Positions 60,533-64,000 of a DNA stretch of 64,000 bases are shown here, piece after piece. The stretch lies in assembly GCF_009914755.1 (NCBI RefSeq), contig NC_060931.1. One strand, given 5' to 3'. The position numbers and the translations under genes were made by a program. This DNA comes from the human T2T-CHM13v2.0 reference genome, Homo sapiens. Positions within the stretch are counted from its first letter, which is position 1. Each line of letters starts with the position of its first letter. Below the pieces are notes generated by a model. It saw nothing but the letters and a program-made list of their open reading frames with translations, was not told where the DNA came from and did no database searches.

Positions 60533-61123
60533 TGACCACCAGTTAAAGTGTTAGCTCTCCCAGGGCTACTTGAATCTTTAGTAGGAGTGCTGACTGGGGA
60601 ATATTTCATGGTTTGGAGATAGCACAAGGGCGTTGTGGAAACCCTACAACTAGACCATGCAGGCAGTCTCCTCATCTGTCGGCAGATAACTGAGCAGCAT
60701 CCCATCTTCTCAGCACGTTCATCAATGAGGAGCAGTTTAACTCAGTGGAGGTAGGTCCCTTCCAATGCAGAATTCCTTGGCACCCCATCGGCTGAGGCTG
60801 AGGGGAGAATCATCCCAGACTACATGGAAGGTTTAACTGTGGGTCTGTCATCCCCAGGATTATTGGGGACCGAATGGATAGTTGCTTGGTCATGCCAAAG
60901 ATAGTTTTCTAACATTAAAACTGCTCCTTCTTGGAGAGTCAGATCCCAAAACACTCAAGAATTCTATAATTATCAATGTCACTTTTATTACTAACCAGAA
61001 ATTAGAGACATAATTTGCAGTACACTCTCTGTGTGTCTTCTCTGTGTGTTTAAGCAAGAGAGAAAATAACATACCTATAGTAGAGGCAGCAATTTCTGTG
61101 TTTACTTTTCGTGGTTGAATGCC

Positions 61124-61491
61124 ATAGTAGATTGAATAGTGTCCCCCAAAATTCATGTCCACCTAGGACTTCAGAATACAACGTTGTTTGGAAGTAGGGT
61201 CCTTGCAGATGTGATTATGTTAAGTTGAGGTCATACTAGGAGGTTGGCCCTAAATCCAATGACTGTGTCTTCATAGGAAGAGGAGGGGGCACAGAGGTAC
61301 TGACAGACATAGAAGGAAAGCCATGTGAAGACGGAGGCAGAGATCGGAGTTACACTGCCCCAAGCCAAGGAATTCCTGAGGCTACCAGAGGCTAGAAGAG
61401 TGAAGGAAAGATTCTTCCCTAGAGTTTTCGAAGAAGCGTAGCCCTGAGAACACCTTGCTTTCAGACTTCTGGCTTCCTAGGAAAATAATAC
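61124..61491 (+). mobile_element. MaLR LTR, MLT1C-like
   Basis: tgaatagtgtcccccaaaattcatgtccacc...gggtccttgcagatgtgatt...ccatgtgaagacggaggcagag...caagccaaggaa. Confidence 0.85.
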
Positions 61492-63208
61492 AAGTTCGAA
61501 GAAAAACCTACCATCTTCTTAATTCTTGCTCTTAACAAGGATAGCAGCTGGTATTTATTGAGAACTTGTCTGCTAGGCAGTGTGCTAAGCTTTCTAATTG
61601 TGTTAGCATCGTTTAATCCTCACCACAACCTGGTGAAATGATTGCTATTACTAGTGCTCCTATTGTACCAAGAAGGAGATGGTTGTAGTAGCCTGCCCCA
61701 AGGTTCACATATTAGTAAGAGGCAAGACTCCCTTTCCTTTCATTTTGTAGCAACTAAAAGCATAGCCTCTAGTCTTAAAGCTTTTTGATTATTGTGATTG
61801 AGTAAAAAGAAATTAGAATATTACTGGATGCAGAGTTTATCATAAAAAATAGGATACAAGAATTGAACAGACACTGTTTTTTTTTTTTTGCTACATCTAG
61901 GTGTAAGGTTTATTCATTTATTGACTCTTATTGAGCAAACATTCATTGAACACCTAATGTGCCCAGAAGTCTTGAATGTATAGTTGAATCTGACTACACT
62001 GAAATTTCCAAAGCATTTTAATGGTTTACAGATACAAAATCAGGCAAGTCTAGAATATATGATAGGAATACATGTGAATTGGATATCACCCAGGCTGCTG
62101 AAAACAGTTCTTCATTATGATCCTTTCACCAAGCCAAGTTAAGCAAGAACTTATCATCAAGAGACACAAAGATATCTCCAAATTCACTCATCTGCACTTT
62201 TTTTAACTATAAAAATGTTCATGTTCATATGCCAAACCAGGACTGCAGTTGAAAAATACATTTCTTTAATCACTCTGAAACCATTTTCTGAGTTAGGGAG
62301 TTCTGTTTTCTTCTCAAACATTCATTGGTTTATTGCTTAGAAAAAACTTGAAGAATAAAAGTCACAGGATTACTGAGTGACCAAGATTTGAATAGTCATT
62401 CAATCATTGCAGTGTTTCCATCATTTACAGTCACACAAATAATGTGCCACCCTCCCTGTGTTCCAGCTAAGTCTCCTATTCTCCCTATGAGTATTGTGAA
62501 GTTAGCTAATATTTTATAATCTGTATTATTAAGATGGTAGAAGAAATTGTTTATAGCAAATTCAAGTCTCAACCTATAAGATGATGATGGAATTAGATGT
62601 CAGTTTGAATCCATCTTTCTCACATACCTGTTACGTAACCTTAGGAAAATTGTTTGTCACTGAGCCTTATCTTCAGGAATACATAGTAACTACCTCTTAA
62701 GGATACCTTGAAAATCACACAGAATAATGTGAATGAATTTCCACATGAAGGACCTGGCACACAGCAGTCCAACAGCAAATGTCCTTTTCATTCTTAGCAG
62801 CTCTTTGCTTTTTGGTTTGTGTTTTTGTTTTTACTTAATTCATGTTGTCCTTTAATCCTTCCCTAATAGCTTTAAATGTCAAATGCCTAACTGGCATTAT
62901 TTCGGTGATCCTTGAGTATTGGATTGTCATTTCGGTACTTCAGGAGCAGTGGCAGTGTCCTAAAATGTCATTTCTACTTAATTTTGGTCACAGTAAAAGT
63001 ATTCTGAAGCCCTGAAGGGCTGAGAAGTATGCAGAGATTCTGGAAGATGCAACTGGAAACCACACCCACCATATCGGACTGGTTTTGTCAATAGCGCAAG
63101 TCTTGGAGCAATGTATCCAGTCCTTTCAAGAACCAAGTTGGGTCACCTTAGTAACTCCTGCATCCCTTCCTGACTCAAGGCCCATCAGGAGACAAGAAAG
63201 CGCTGATT

Positions 63209-63482
<274 letters not shown>

Positions 63483-63768
63483 GGAAAGAAAGACAGAGGG
63501 AGAGAGGGAGAGAGAGGGAGGGAGAGAGGGAGAGAGGGAGAGAGAGGGAGAGAGGCGGGGTGCGGGGGAGAGAGAGGGAGGGAGGGAAGGAGGGAAGGAA
63601 GGAAGGAAGGAGAGAAAGAAAGAGTGAGAAAGAGAGAGAACAAGAGAGAGAAGAGAAAGAAAGGGAAAGAAAGAAAAGGGAGGAGAAAGAGGGAGAGAAA
63701 GAAGGAGGAGGAGAGAAGGAAGGAAGGAGAGAGAGAGAAGCAGAGAAAGAGAAGAAAAGAAAAGAAAG
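63483..63768 (+). repeat. ~285-bp GA-rich polypurine Alu tail
   Basis: Read directly from the sequence. Confidence 0.93.
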
Positions 63769-64000
63769 GTCCCAGACTCCTTTTTGCTCCAAGAGACCTC
63801 AGGCTCAAGTCCACGTTATACCTCTAAGGAAGAGAGGGTTTTCCACTTGCCTCCTAGAGAAACATTTCTTGTTGGATGTGAGGTAGGGGGTTTGCCAAAA
63901 GCGGTTGGAAGACTGAACAAATTCTGTTCCACAGCTCTCAGTATGAAACAGGGACCAGAATAAATGCATGGTCTACCCTTTTAGAGCAGGTTGGAGAGAA

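Overview
Primate (most likely human) genomic DNA from inside CNTNAP2 (Caspr2, 7q35-q36), with the gene on the + strand. The only real coding sequence is three internal exons: 2116-2286 (171 nt), 31479-31697 (219 nt) and 56231-56467 (237 nt). They splice in frame to ...[23 protein letters not shown]...[18 protein letters not shown]...[16 protein letters not shown]...DGTFCNK, which is the third laminin-G domain plus the second EGF-like domain (exons 16-18 by my recollection of the gene model). The rest is intron: about 33 Alu copies or fragments (many with readable TSDs), three 5'-truncated primate L1 3' ends, old L1M/L2/MIR/MER5 debris, several solo LTRs, GGAA/GA/TG microsatellites and a 5x25-bp minisatellite. 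Almost all ORFs in the supplied track are Alu or simple-repeat artefacts. I see no new gene or self-contained novel system. The best leads are regulatory or splicing hypotheses: every exon is phase 1-1 and bracketed by convergent Alus (stop-free circRNA potential), a candidate 118-nt Alu poison exon, a RORE-bearing VNTR, consensus CTCF and MAF/NFE2 sites, long GGAA arrays, and a FOX/SOX motif cluster after the last exon. Repeat subfamily names come from memory of consensus sequences, and repeat boundaries are approximate.
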